Source: Candidatus Scatosoma sp.
GTDB lineage: Bacteria; Bacillota; Clostridia; Christensenellales; Borkfalkiaceae
Direction of reading: 5' to 3'
NCBI GenBank assembly: GCA_045660265.1
Contig: JAZRDM010000017.1
Location: forward strand, 7,221-71,220
Length of the DNA stretch: 64,000 nucleotides
Below, one piece after another: positions 1 through 8,600 of this stretch. Below the pieces are notes generated by a model, which was not told the DNA's origin, searched no databases, and saw only the letters and a program-made list of their open reading frames with translations. Position 1 is the first letter of the stretch; each line of letters begins with the position of its first letter. A program made the translations under genes and the position numbers.

Positions 1-398
1 ACTATGAAATGGCAGACCGTATGAAAGGTGTTACTGGTGAAAACATGCTTTCCTTGTTGGAAAGAAGACTTGACAACGTAGTTTACAGAATGGGCCTTGC
101 TCCTTCCAGAACGCTTGCTCGTCAACTTGTTAACCACGCACATTTGTCCGTTAACGGCAGAACGGTTACCGTTCCTTCCTATATTGTAAAGGCTGGCGAC
201 GTAATCGTAGTTAAAGAAAACAGAAAGGGCAATAAATATTTCACGGCTCTCAAAGAAACGAGCGCAAACAACACCCTTGTAAAATGGGTTGAGTTTGATA
301 GAGAAAAACTTGAAGGAAAGGTATTAGCTCTTCCCACCAGAGAAGATATCGACAGCCAGATTGCTGCGCACATGATTGTCGAATTGTACTCCAAATAA
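1..398 (+). CDS. rpsD: 30S ribosomal protein S4, C-terminal part (5' end outside the window)
   Basis: Frame is open to the window start. S4-domain sequence LERRLDNVVYRMGLA...VNGRTVTVPSY. Followed by rpoA and rplQ as in the conserved alpha operon. Confidence 0.9.
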   Translation, partial: YEMADRMKGVTGENMLSLLERRLDNVVYRMGLAPSRTLARQLVNHAHLSVNGRTVTVPSYIVKAGDVIVVKENRKGNKYFTALKETSANNTLVKWVEFDREKLEGKVLALPTREDIDSQIAAHMIVELYSK

Positions 399-423
399 TT
401 GAAAAATATCAGGAGGTAACATA

Positions 424-1374
424 ATGATCGAAATGGATATGCCCAAACTCGAGGTGCTTGAAAATAACGATTTTTATGCGAAGGTCGTATGTGAGCCCTT
501 AGAGAAAGGTTTCGGTCTTACCATTGGTAACTGTTTAAGAAGAATTTTGCTTTCTGCTTTGCCCGGCGCGGCTGTAGAAGGAATCAGATTCTTAGACGGC
601 AGCGTTAAGCATGAGTTTTCCGCTGTTGCAGGCATTAAAGAAGACGTTACGGAAATTATCCTTAACCTCAAAACGCTTGCAATTAAGACGAAAATTATCG
701 ATAAAGACTATGAAAAGGTTTTACACATCTGCAAAGAAGGTCCTGCCGTTTTAACGGGTAAAGACCTTAACATTGATGCTGAAATCGAGGTTATCAACGC
801 AGATCAATATATCTGCACCATCGATGAAGGCGCGAAGTTCGAAGTAGAACTTACGATTGGCAGAGGCAGAGGTTATAAGCCTGCAAAAGAAAACAAGCAA
901 CCCGTTGTAGATTATATCGCAATTGACTCTATTTATACGCCTGTACAAAAGGTTAACTATACGGTTGAACCCACGCGCGTAGGTCAAGCGGTTGACTATG
1001 ACAAACTTACGTTAGAAGTTTGGACGGATGGTACGTTCTCCGGTAAAGAAATTATTTCTTTGGCGGCGAAGATTATGCAAGATCATATCAGTCTTTTCGT
1101 TAATTTAAGCGAAACGATTAAGGATATGGACATCCTTGTCAAGACGGAAGATGATAAGCAACAACAGGTTCTCAAAATGGCAATTGAAGAAATGGATTTG
1201 TCCGTACGTTCTTACAACTGCTTAAAGAGAGCGAATATTCATACAGTCGAAGACCTCACCAAGAAGACGGAAGACGATATGTTGAAGGTAAGAAACCTCG
1301 GCAGAAAGTCGCTCGACGAAGTTATTCAAAAATTGGAATCTTACGGTCTCGCATTAAACAAACAGGAGGATTAA
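424..1374 (+). CDS. rpoA: DNA-directed RNA polymerase subunit alpha
   Basis: 316 aa. N-terminal [10 protein letters not shown] motif and C-terminal domain [13 protein letters not shown]...[16 protein letters not shown] precedes the ATG. Confidence 0.95.
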   Translation: MIEMDMPKLEVLENNDFYAKVVCEPLEKGFGLTIGNCLRRILLSALPGAAVEGIRFLDGSVKHEFSAVAGIKEDVTEIILNLKTLAIKTKIIDKDYEKVLHICKEGPAVLTGKDLNIDAEIEVINADQYICTIDEGAKFEVELTIGRGRGYKPAKENKQPVVDYIAIDSIYTPVQKVNYTVEPTRVGQAVDYDKLTLEVWTDGTFSGKEIISLAAKIMQDHISLFVNLSETIKDMDILVKTEDDKQQQVLKMAIEEMDLSVRSYNCLKRANIHTVEDLTKKTEDDMLKVRNLGRKSLDEVIQKLESYGLALNKQED

Positions 1375-1378
1375 AATT

Positions 1379-1885
1379 ATGCCCGGTAAATTGGGAAGAA
1401 CTTCCAAAGAAAGAAACGCTCTTTTGAGAAACTTGGCGTCTCAACTTCTTTGGTATGGAAAAATCGAAACAACCGCAGCAAAGGCAAAAGAGCTTAGACC
1501 TTACGTTGAAAAGCTCATCACCAAAGCGGTAAATACCTATGATGATAACATTGAATTCGAAGTAACCAAGACGGATAAGAAAGGCAAGGAAATTAAAGTA
1601 ACCAACATTAAAGACGGTGCTAAGAAGCTTGCTGCTCGCCGTGCAATCATGGCTAAAACCTACGACTTGCAAGAAGTTAAGGCTTTTGCTGAAAAGAAGA
1701 GCGAATTCAAAGCAAGAACGGCTGACGTTCAACATCCCTTGATGGACAAACTCTTCAACGAAATCGCACCTAAGTATGCGGCTCGTAAGGAAGAACTCGG
1801 TCAAGGTGGCGGTTATACCAGAATTTACCTTCTTGGTGAACGTCGTGGTGACGCTGCTGAAACCGCTATCATTGAATTGGTTTAA
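1379..1885 (+). CDS. rplQ: 50S ribosomal protein L17 (long form with internal insertions)
   Basis: Conserved ends: LGR.S..R.ALLRNL...TT..KAKELRP..EKLIT and GGYTRI...RRGD.A....IELV. Lies directly after rpoA. Confidence 0.9.
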   Translation: MPGKLGRTSKERNALLRNLASQLLWYGKIETTAAKAKELRPYVEKLITKAVNTYDDNIEFEVTKTDKKGKEIKVTNIKDGAKKLAARRAIMAKTYDLQEVKAFAEKKSEFKARTADVQHPLMDKLFNEIAPKYAARKEELGQGGGYTRIYLLGERRGDAAETAIIELV

Positions 1886-1906
1886 TGATCAATTAAATAA
1901 CAAATT

Positions 1907-1936
1907 AACCGCTTGTCAAAAGACAAGCGGTTTTTG
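1907..1936 (+). terminator. Rho-independent terminator of the alpha operon
   Basis: Stem AACCGCTTGTC / GACAAGCGGTT with an AAAA loop, followed by TTTTT. Confidence 0.7.
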
Positions 1937-1966
1937 TATGCAAGAAAAAAGAGACGTTTTTTTCGC

Positions 1967-2176
1967 TTAATATTCTTCTTTTTCAGCTAAATAATCTATA
2001 CTTATATCAAAATAGTCGGATAATTTCCAAAGCAGCGTTAAATCAGGTTCGGTTTTTTCAGAGTCCAAATAGGAAATCCGTCTTTGCGTCGTTTGTAATA
2101 TTTCCACAAGCTGCGCTTGTTTTAAGCCGTCTTCTTTTCTTAATTGTTGTAATCTTTCAGCAAAAAGTATCTTCAT
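1967..2176 (-). CDS. XRE-family helix-turn-helix transcriptional regulator
   Basis: 69 aa. LRKEDGLKQAQLVEILQTTQRRISYLDSEKTEPDLTLLWKLSDYFDISIDYL is a typical XRE HTH. Confidence 0.7.
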   Translation of the reverse strand: MKILFAERLQQLRKEDGLKQAQLVEILQTTQRRISYLDSEKTEPDLTLLWKLSDYFDISIDYLAEKEEY

Positions 2177-2272
2177 ATATAAATTATGGACGAAAATAGT
2201 CTCAAATAGTTAACATAAACAATTTTTGTCTGTATAATGCAAGTACTAAGATTTTACAAAAGGAGGAGCTTT

Positions 2273-2374
2273 ATGAAGTATTGTTGTCATTGCGGTAAAG
2301 AAATAGGAGAGGATGTCATTATTTACGTGTATTGTGGGCGTTCGCTTGGGTTCGTAATGTATCTTATATGGTAA
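2273..2374 (+). CDS. Small zinc-ribbon-like ORF (33 aa), possibly the N-terminal half of a gene split by an in-frame stop
   Basis: AGGAGG at 2261-2266, ATG at 2273. Peptide MKYCCHCGKEIGEDVIIYVYCGRS. TAA at 2372 is in frame with a downstream hydrophobic segment (ATG 2402 to 2517). Confidence 0.3.
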   Translation: MKYCCHCGKEIGEDVIIYVYCGRSLGFVMYLIW

Positions 2375-2653
2375 CCAGAATATCCATTAAAAGCAAAGTC
2401 AATGGGGCAAGGCGCGTTAGTTGGTGTTATTGTAAGCGTTGTATCTTCAATTCTTGTGTGGATAATATTGTCATGTCTAGTTGCAGGCTGTTCTTCGATA
2501 TATTATTGAGAATGATATAATTAAAAATAAAAACATTGGAAAAATTCGGATTTGCATAATAATCCGAATTTTCTTTTTTTAATCTATGAAAAATGGCTGC
2601 AAGCATTTACAAACGCCGAAATTTATGTTATAATAAAAGCGGAGGGAATAAAA

Positions 2654-3853
2654 ATGCAGTCATTAACAGAGTTATACAGAATCGGGAAAGGGCCGTCTTC
2701 GTCGCATACGATTGGGCCGGAACGCGCATGCGCATTGTTCTTGCAAGAAAATCCAGAGGCGGATTCGTTTAAGGTTATTTTGTACGGTTCGCTTGCAAAA
2801 ACGGGTGTAGGGCACGGAACGGATGAGATTATTAAAACGGTATTGTCCAACGTCTGCGTAGAATTTAATGAAATTCAAGAAGATTTAATGCATCCCAATA
2901 CAATGGACTTGTTTGCTTATAAAAACGGTGAAAAAATAGCGTTTATGCGCATTTACAGTGTAGGCGGTGGTGCTATAGAAGTGGCAGGCAGGGGTGTATA
3001 TAACGCTGAAAGTAAGTATAACTTAGAAAGCTTTTCGTCTATTCGAGATTATTGTACGCAAAAAGATATGAGGTTATACGATTATGTTTTTGCCAGCGAA
3101 GGCGAGGGAATAAAAGACTACTTAATGCAAGTATGGCAAGCAATGAAAGCGGCTGTGTTGCGTGGCGTTGAAAAGACGGGTATATTGCCTGGCGGATTAG
3201 ACGTCGAGCGAAAGGCAAAGATTTTATACGACGGTGCGCAAGATGATAATGATGCGGAAACAAAAGAAAACCATCTCGTTTGCGCGTATGCGTTTGCTGT
3301 CGGAGAAGAAAATGCGTCAGGCGGCAGAATTGTTACTGCGCCCACCTGCGGAGCGTGTGGTGTATTGCCTGCGGTATTAAAATATATTCAAGATAAGCGT
3401 GGGTATAGCGACGAAGAGATCGTTTGTGCGCTTGCGACGGCGGGGATAATCGGGAATTTAATAAAAACAAACGCTTCTATTTCAGGCGCTGAATGCGGTT
3501 GCCAAGCAGAAATAGGCAGTGCTTGCTGTATGGCTGCGGCAGCGCTTGGCGAATTATACAGAATGTCGTTGGACCAAATTGAGTATGCTGCGGAAGTGGC
3601 GATGGAACACCATTTAGGCTTAACGTGCGATCCTATCGCTGGATTGGTGCAAATTCCTTGTATCGAGAGAAATGCGGTGGCGGCGATGCGTGCAATCAAT
3701 GCAGTATCGCTTGCGAAGTTTTTGTCGCATAGCCGTAAAATTTCCTTTGACTTGGTTGTACAAACTATGTACGAAACAGGAAAGGATATGAAAAATTCGT
3801 ATAGAGAAACGTCGGAAGGCGGTCTTGCAAAATTGTATAAAATTGCAAAATAG
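2654..3853 (+). CDS. sdaA: L-serine ammonia-lyase (iron-sulfur-dependent L-serine dehydratase, single-chain form)
   Basis: GGAGGG at 2641, ATG at 2654. N-terminal GKGPSSSHTIGP motif; later TAPTCGACG and CGCQAEIG cysteine motifs typical of the family. Confidence 0.85.
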   Translation: MQSLTELYRIGKGPSSSHTIGPERACALFLQENPEADSFKVILYGSLAKTGVGHGTDEIIKTVLSNVCVEFNEIQEDLMHPNTMDLFAYKNGEKIAFMRIYSVGGGAIEVAGRGVYNAESKYNLESFSSIRDYCTQKDMRLYDYVFASEGEGIKDYLMQVWQAMKAAVLRGVEKTGILPGGLDVERKAKILYDGAQDDNDAETKENHLVCAYAFAVGEENASGGRIVTAPTCGACGVLPAVLKYIQDKRGYSDEEIVCALATAGIIGNLIKTNASISGAECGCQAEIGSACCMAAAALGELYRMSLDQIEYAAEVAMEHHLGLTCDPIAGLVQIPCIERNAVAAMRAINAVSLAKFLSHSRKISFDLVVQTMYETGKDMKNSYRETSEGGLAKLYKIAK

Positions 3854-3902
3854 AAGGGGCAGGTACGCGTTGAATACGCTTTTTGCCAATAAAAACACAA
3901 AA

Positions 3903-3936
3903 AAACAGCGTCGATAAGACGCTGTTTTGATTTTTA
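3903..3936. terminator. Bidirectional hairpin between convergent genes
   Basis: ACAGCGTC-GATAA-GACGCTGT flanked by an A-run and a T-run. Confidence 0.5.
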
Positions 3937-4215
3937 TCGAATTGTTTTTGAATCCATTAGCCTTGCGCAACATTCGCATCTGCCTAAATCATCAAGAGGT
4001 AAGGGTTGGTAGATGGTGGTAAGCTCGGCGTGAATGACGCTGTGGATGTGGTTTGTAACTGTTGGAGAAGGGTGGATAAAGCCTTCCTCGTCAATAGACG
4101 GGCTATAACCTTGTTTTCCGCAGACTCGGCAGGTGTTGATAAAATTTTTGGCGGAAGGGTTCCAGCTTTCTACATACAACGAATTACCGCGTTTGGTCTT
4201 TTTACTGTGCGACAT
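3934..4215 (-). CDS. Hypothetical small Cys-containing protein (93 aa)
   Basis: GGAG 7 nt upstream of the ATG (complement of 4213-4215). MSHSKKTKRGNS...CRVCGKQG...GRCECCARL. No family recognised. Confidence 0.5.
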   Translation of the reverse strand: MSHSKKTKRGNSLYVESWNPSAKNFINTCRVCGKQGYSPSIDEEGFIHPSPTVTNHIHSVIHAELTTIYQPLPLDDLGRCECCARLMDSKTIR

Positions 4216-4243
4216 AAATACTCCTATAAAGTTTGTTTTGTTT

Positions 4244-4272
4244 ATTATATCATACAATTTTGAATTTGTAAA
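4244..4272 (-). promoter_or_regulatory. Sigma-A type promoter with extended -10 (TTTACA-17-TGATATAAT)
   Basis: Reverse complement reads TTTACA, a 17-nt spacer containing TGA, then TATAAT, upstream of the 3934-4215 gene. Confidence 0.55.
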
Positions 4273-4476
4273 GAGTGAATCTTTTGATTGTTGGAGTGAT
4301 TCACGATAATACGGGGTTCTTTAAGGTGGGTATAAAAAAGGGCAGAGGTGGAGATTGGCTAACGCCAAAGTGTCGTCGGCGACAAGCTATGAGAATAAAT
4401 TAAACTTAGTAATTCTCGCCTCCTCGCGCGAACCACCGATAAAACGGCGTTTCTTCAAGACACCTCAAACACACGC

Positions 4477-4520
4477 AAAAAAAGGATAACCTAAAACGAG
4501 TGGTTCGTTTTAGGTTATCC
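4477..4520 (-). terminator. Rho-independent terminator of the tRNA operon
   Basis: 16-17 bp stem GGATAACCTAAAACGA / TCGTTTTAGGTTATCC followed (on the minus strand) by a T-run. Confidence 0.75.
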
Positions 4521-4521
4521 T

Positions 4522-4606
4522 TGGTGGGCAGAGGTGGATTCGAACCACCGAAGTCGAAGACGTCAGATTTACAGTCTGATCCATTTGGCCGCTCTGGAAT
4601 CTGCCC
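4522..4606 (-). tRNA. tRNA-Tyr (anticodon GTA), class II with long variable arm, CCA encoded
   Basis: Manual cloverleaf: acceptor GGGCAGA/TCTGCCC, anticodon loop CTGTAAA, T-arm GGTGG-TTCGAAT-CCACC. Confidence 0.92.
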
Positions 4607-4637
4607 ATATATATTAAGGTGTAGCTGAATTTTGCTG

Positions 4638-4712
4638 TGGAGCCGGTGATTGGACTCGAACCCACAACCTGCTGATTACAAATCAGCTGCTCTGCCATTG
4701 AGCTACACCGGC
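4638..4712 (-). tRNA. tRNA-Thr (anticodon TGT), CCA encoded
   Basis: Acceptor GCCGGTG/CACCGGC, anticodon stem GCTGA/TCAGC with loop TTTGTAA, T-loop TTCGAGT. One G-A mismatch in the T-stem. Confidence 0.85.
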
Positions 4713-4715
4713 GTG

Positions 4716-4791
4716 TGGTGCCTTGGGGCGGAATTGAACCACCGACAGGCAGATTTTCAGTCTGCTGCTCTACCAACTGAGCTACCAAGGC
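4716..4791 (-). tRNA. tRNA-Phe (anticodon GAA), CCA encoded
   Basis: Acceptor GCCTTGG/CCAAGGC, anticodon loop CTGAAAA, T-arm GGTGG-TTCAATT-CCGCC. Confidence 0.92.
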
Positions 4792-4794
4792 ATT

Positions 4795-4871
4795 TGGCGA
4801 CCCAAAACGGGCTCGAACCGTCGACCTCCAGCGTGACAGGCTGGCGCTCTAACCAACTGAGCTATTGGGCC
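4795..4871 (-). tRNA. tRNA-Asp (anticodon GTC), CCA encoded
   Basis: Acceptor GGCCCAA/TTGGGTC, anticodon loop CTGTCAC, T-loop TTCGAGC. Confidence 0.92.
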
Positions 4872-4903
4872 TTGCTAAACCGCACTCAAAACAGTGCTTG
4901 TAT

Positions 4904-4932
4904 ATAATAATATATTTGTTTTTTTTTGTCAA
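4904..4932 (-). promoter_or_regulatory. Promoter of the tRNA operon (TTGACA-17-TATTAT)
   Basis: Reverse complement of 4927-4932 is TTGACA and of 4904-4909 is TATTAT. About 30 nt upstream of the tRNA-Asp 5' end, next to long A/T tracts. Confidence 0.6.
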
Positions 4933-5324
4933 GCATTTTTTCGCGTTTTTTTTAAGTTTTTTTATTTTTTTATATTTTATTTTTTAGACCATAAAATTAT
5001 GTTTGTATTGCAGGCTAAAAACAGCTTGTTTTATTAGTATAGGGGAGGGTGCGAGTGCTAAAAAACGTCGCCGCTTTTTGTATAAAAATATTTATTTTTT
5101 GCGGATTGATTTTTAGGAAAAAGAAGGGGAAAAGAAAAGGAGTAAAATGTGTTTTCTATAAAAAATAAGTTTATTTATTAAACAAAATTCGGCTAAAAAC
5201 GCGGTTGGTTTAATAGAAAGTCGAATTTTTGCGCTTTGCAATAAAAGCATAGAAAACGAGCCGTATTTCAAACAATAAACACAAAAAATGATATTTTACA
5301 GCACTTTTTTGCAATTCTGCGGTG

Positions 5325-5353
5325 TTGCATATTAAAAAAATGTATGATATAAT
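5325..5353 (+). promoter_or_regulatory. Promoter for the small-ORF/giant-gene unit (TTGCAT-17-TATAAT with extended -10 TG)
   Basis: TTGCAT at 5325-5330, TGA at 5345-5347, TATAAT at 5348-5353. Confidence 0.6.
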
Positions 5354-5536
5354 AGTAAAGTGATAAACTATAAACTGGCTTATTGTTTTTTAATATAAAA
5401 AAACAATAGCAAAAAAACAGCGGTCGGGTGTAGTTTTGAATAAACAAGGGGGATACCCCTTTGGGCTTAGCGATAAGCCAAAAAATAATTATTAACAAGT
5501 GTAGGCAAAAAACTCATCGTGCATCAATGGAGGTAT

Positions 5537-5647
5537 ATGATGAAAAATTATGAAACCCTTAAGATGACTGTGATTATGTTCGAAGAAACGGACATGATCC
5601 GCACGTCAACCGAAGACAATATCGGGGAAGAAGGAGATTGGGAGTAA
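5537..5647 (+). CDS. Small acidic peptide ORF (36 aa; start ATG 5537 or 5540) immediately upstream of the giant gene
   Basis: GGAGG at 5529-5533. MMKNYETLKMTVIMFEETDMIRTSTEDNIGEEGDWE. TAA at 5645-5647 is 5 nt before the ATG at 5653. A paralogous ORF lies at 62577-62693. Confidence 0.5.
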   Translation: MMKNYETLKMTVIMFEETDMIRTSTEDNIGEEGDWE

Positions 5648-5652
5648 AGGCT

Positions 5653-8600
5653 ATGAAAAAGAATTTTAAAAACTTATTTGTTTCTTTAGCACTTTGCGCA
5701 TCTCTTTGCTGTGGTATTGTTGGTGTTGCAGTAAGCGGCATTTTTAATGCAAAGCAGTCGGTTGCAGAAGCTTACGAAACGTTGGACGGCTTCACTATCG
5801 AAGAAACGGCTTCGATTAGAAGAAATATGCCCAGCGGTATTCGTTTCACGACGAATATTGAAAGCGTCTCCGCAACGGTTGCAGCGTTGAATGACGTTGA
5901 ATTCGGTACGTTGGTACTTCCCGCCGATCTTCTTGGCTCGGAAGAATTGACGCACGCTACGGAAAAAGTTGTTGATATTCCGACGACCAAGTGGCAAAAT
6001 GAAGAAAAAACCGAATACACCAGCGTACTCGGTGGCGCAGGCGGGGCGAACTTATCTTCGTCCTATTATAACCGTCCTATAGCAGCCCGTAGTTACATCA
6101 CGGGTACGGATAGTAACGGCACCAAAATTACTTATTATACCGAAAATATGGCGGTAAGAAGTTTGGGTTACGTTGCTTATATGGCAAATTTGGATGGGGA
6201 TACTAGCGAATTGATTACCAAAATCGTTGACGAAACGAAGGTGGAAATTACGTTTAACCCCGAAGGACAAATTTCCTATTATAACAACGATAACACGGGT
6301 ACTGCAGTTGTAACAAACGCATTGCCTAAAGAAACGAGCTCGATGGCGTCGATTAAAATCGGCGGCGTTACCGTTCCCGTATCGGAATTAGAAAAGCGCA
6401 ATGCGACTCTTTCGTATGAATCGGAAAATTCTGCAATTATTTCCGTTGACGGCGAAACGCTTACGGCAAAAAGTGCAGGCGAAACGAAAATTACCGTTCG
6501 CGGTACTTTTAATGGTAAGGAATTGAAAGCTGTAACGCAAAACGTTTCTACGGACGGTTACGCGCCCGTATCTTCGCAATACAAAATTTTGATTAGTGCG
6601 AAGACTGCTGCGCATAACATGGGCTATAGAGATGGTGAGACGTCTTACCTTCCTCCTCAAACGGAAGCTGCGTCCGAAGCGTATTTTACTTATGCTTCTG
6701 AACATACGGCTGCTTACTTGCTTCAAAGCATTATCGAAGAAGCAACGGGCGTTCGTTTGGAAGTAGTAGCGGAAGGCTCGGCAAAATATAACGCAGCGGA
6801 TAAGTTTATTTCCGTTGGTAAAACGCAGCTTGCAAAGGCAAAGGCAAATGAGCTTGGTTTAACCATGGGCTCGTTTAAAGACGCAAATCTTGCAAGCGAA
6901 TATACCGTTTCTGCGCTTACCTACGTTGAAGACGGCGAAACCAAGACGTTTGAAAAAGACACCGCTTCGAAGGTGCAAACGGTTGGCGATAACGTATTCC
7001 TTCTCGGTGTAACTGGGCAAGGTACGCTTTATGGCGCGCAACGCTTCCTTCGCGAAATGGCAGGCTATGGATATTATATGGAAGACTCTTACGTTGTAGA
7101 CGAAAAGGTGGATTTCGTATTACCCAGCAAAACGCTTGTATACATTCCCGACATTGAATATAACGTAACGCAAGGCGAAGCAAATAGCATGCACGTAAAC
7201 TATGGTTTACAAAGCTATACCCAAAACATTATCCCTGTTGGTACGACGGACGAACAAGATGCAAGCGGTAATTATTATAAGGGTATTAACCATAACTCTA
7301 CGTTGGTAGTTGACGATAAGACACATATTGCTCTTAGTCAAATAGACCAAGGTTTGAATGGTGGGTATAATTATTATACGGAGAATATCAAAGCTAAAGC
7401 AAATCACTGGATGGCTTGGTATGCAACAAAAAGTGGCAGTCTATCAGTAGGTACTTATACCGAGTGGGTTTTATGGGCGATTCCGGCAAAACCGTATACG
7501 GGAGACGCAACCAACTTTATTTTGGCTGAACTTTGCTATACTGCGCACGGTGATATATTTTCCGACTACACTCGCGCAGGGTTGGTAGAAAGAGTTGCGG
7601 ACGAGATGTATGCAAAGATGCAAAAATTCCCTACGCTTGACAGACTCGGTTTCTCGCAAATGGACCACAATTATTGGTGTCAGTGTTCGGCATGTAAGAA
7701 TGAAGGGAACCCTTCGGATAACTTATTGCATTTCTTGCTTGACGTAGCGGCAAACTTGAAGGGGAAACTTGAAGATGCAGGGGACGCGCGTAAGGACACG
7801 TTTAAAATTTCAACGCTTTTCTATCACGCAACCAGTCCTGCTCCTAAAAGTACGGCAAATTATGCAACTGAATTGACGAACTATATGAAGCACATTGAGC
7901 CTTGGTTTGCAGAAACGAAGGTTGACCACGTTGACCCGTTTAACTATGATAAACCTGGCACAACGAGCGGCTGGAACGAAAAGGTTTATGAAGAGTTTAA
8001 GAAGTGGGCTAATATCGCTAACCAATATGGCGCAGATATGCTCCTTTGGGAATACTACGTAAATACGACGAATTTCTTCCAACCTTATGATACTGTAGAC
8101 GCAATCCGTGTAAACTATGGTTTGTTTGCGGACGCGGGTATCGATTATATCTTCAATCAAATGATGGAAGGTAAAAATACGTGGAAGCGCTTAAAGCAGT
8201 TCTTAATTTCGCAATTGGCGTGGAACGCGCGTCCCACCAACGACGTATGGAATGGTTGGATTGACGAATACTTTGTAGGTGCTTATGGCGACGCTGCGGA
8301 AGAAATGAGAGATTATTACGACTCTATGAAGGTGTGGAGTGACGCGCATAAAGATCTCTTCCGTGCGGATAATAACTACAGTACAAATACTACCGGTGGG
8401 ACGGCGGCAACAAATGCTTCGTTGACGTACGACGCAGTATCTTCGGAAAATTTCCCGAAAGCTACGCTTGAAACTTGGATCAATTTGTGTAATGACGCGC
8501 TTGAAGCGTTAGATCCTGCTGATCCTAACTATAATACGTATTATAGCAATATTATGCTTGAAAAGCTGTCGCCCATGTACTTGATTATGTACATTTACGA

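Noticed and set aside
2332-2520. Track ORF of 62 aa (MWAFAWVRNV...).
   Set aside because: It has no RBS and an odd composition. A different frame gives a zinc-ribbon ORF with a strong RBS and a clean TM segment.
4510-4907. Track ORFs 4510-4788 (-) and 4650-4907 (+) of 85-92 aa.
   Set aside because: They lie entirely over the four tRNA genes. Their reading frames are a by-product of tRNA sequence, with no RBS.
5044-5054. The 11-mer GGGAGGGTGCG shared between the host intergenic region (5044) and the prophage non-coding island (39766).
   Set aside because: A single 11-mer match in 64 kb on two strands is within chance expectation. There is no extended similarity around it.
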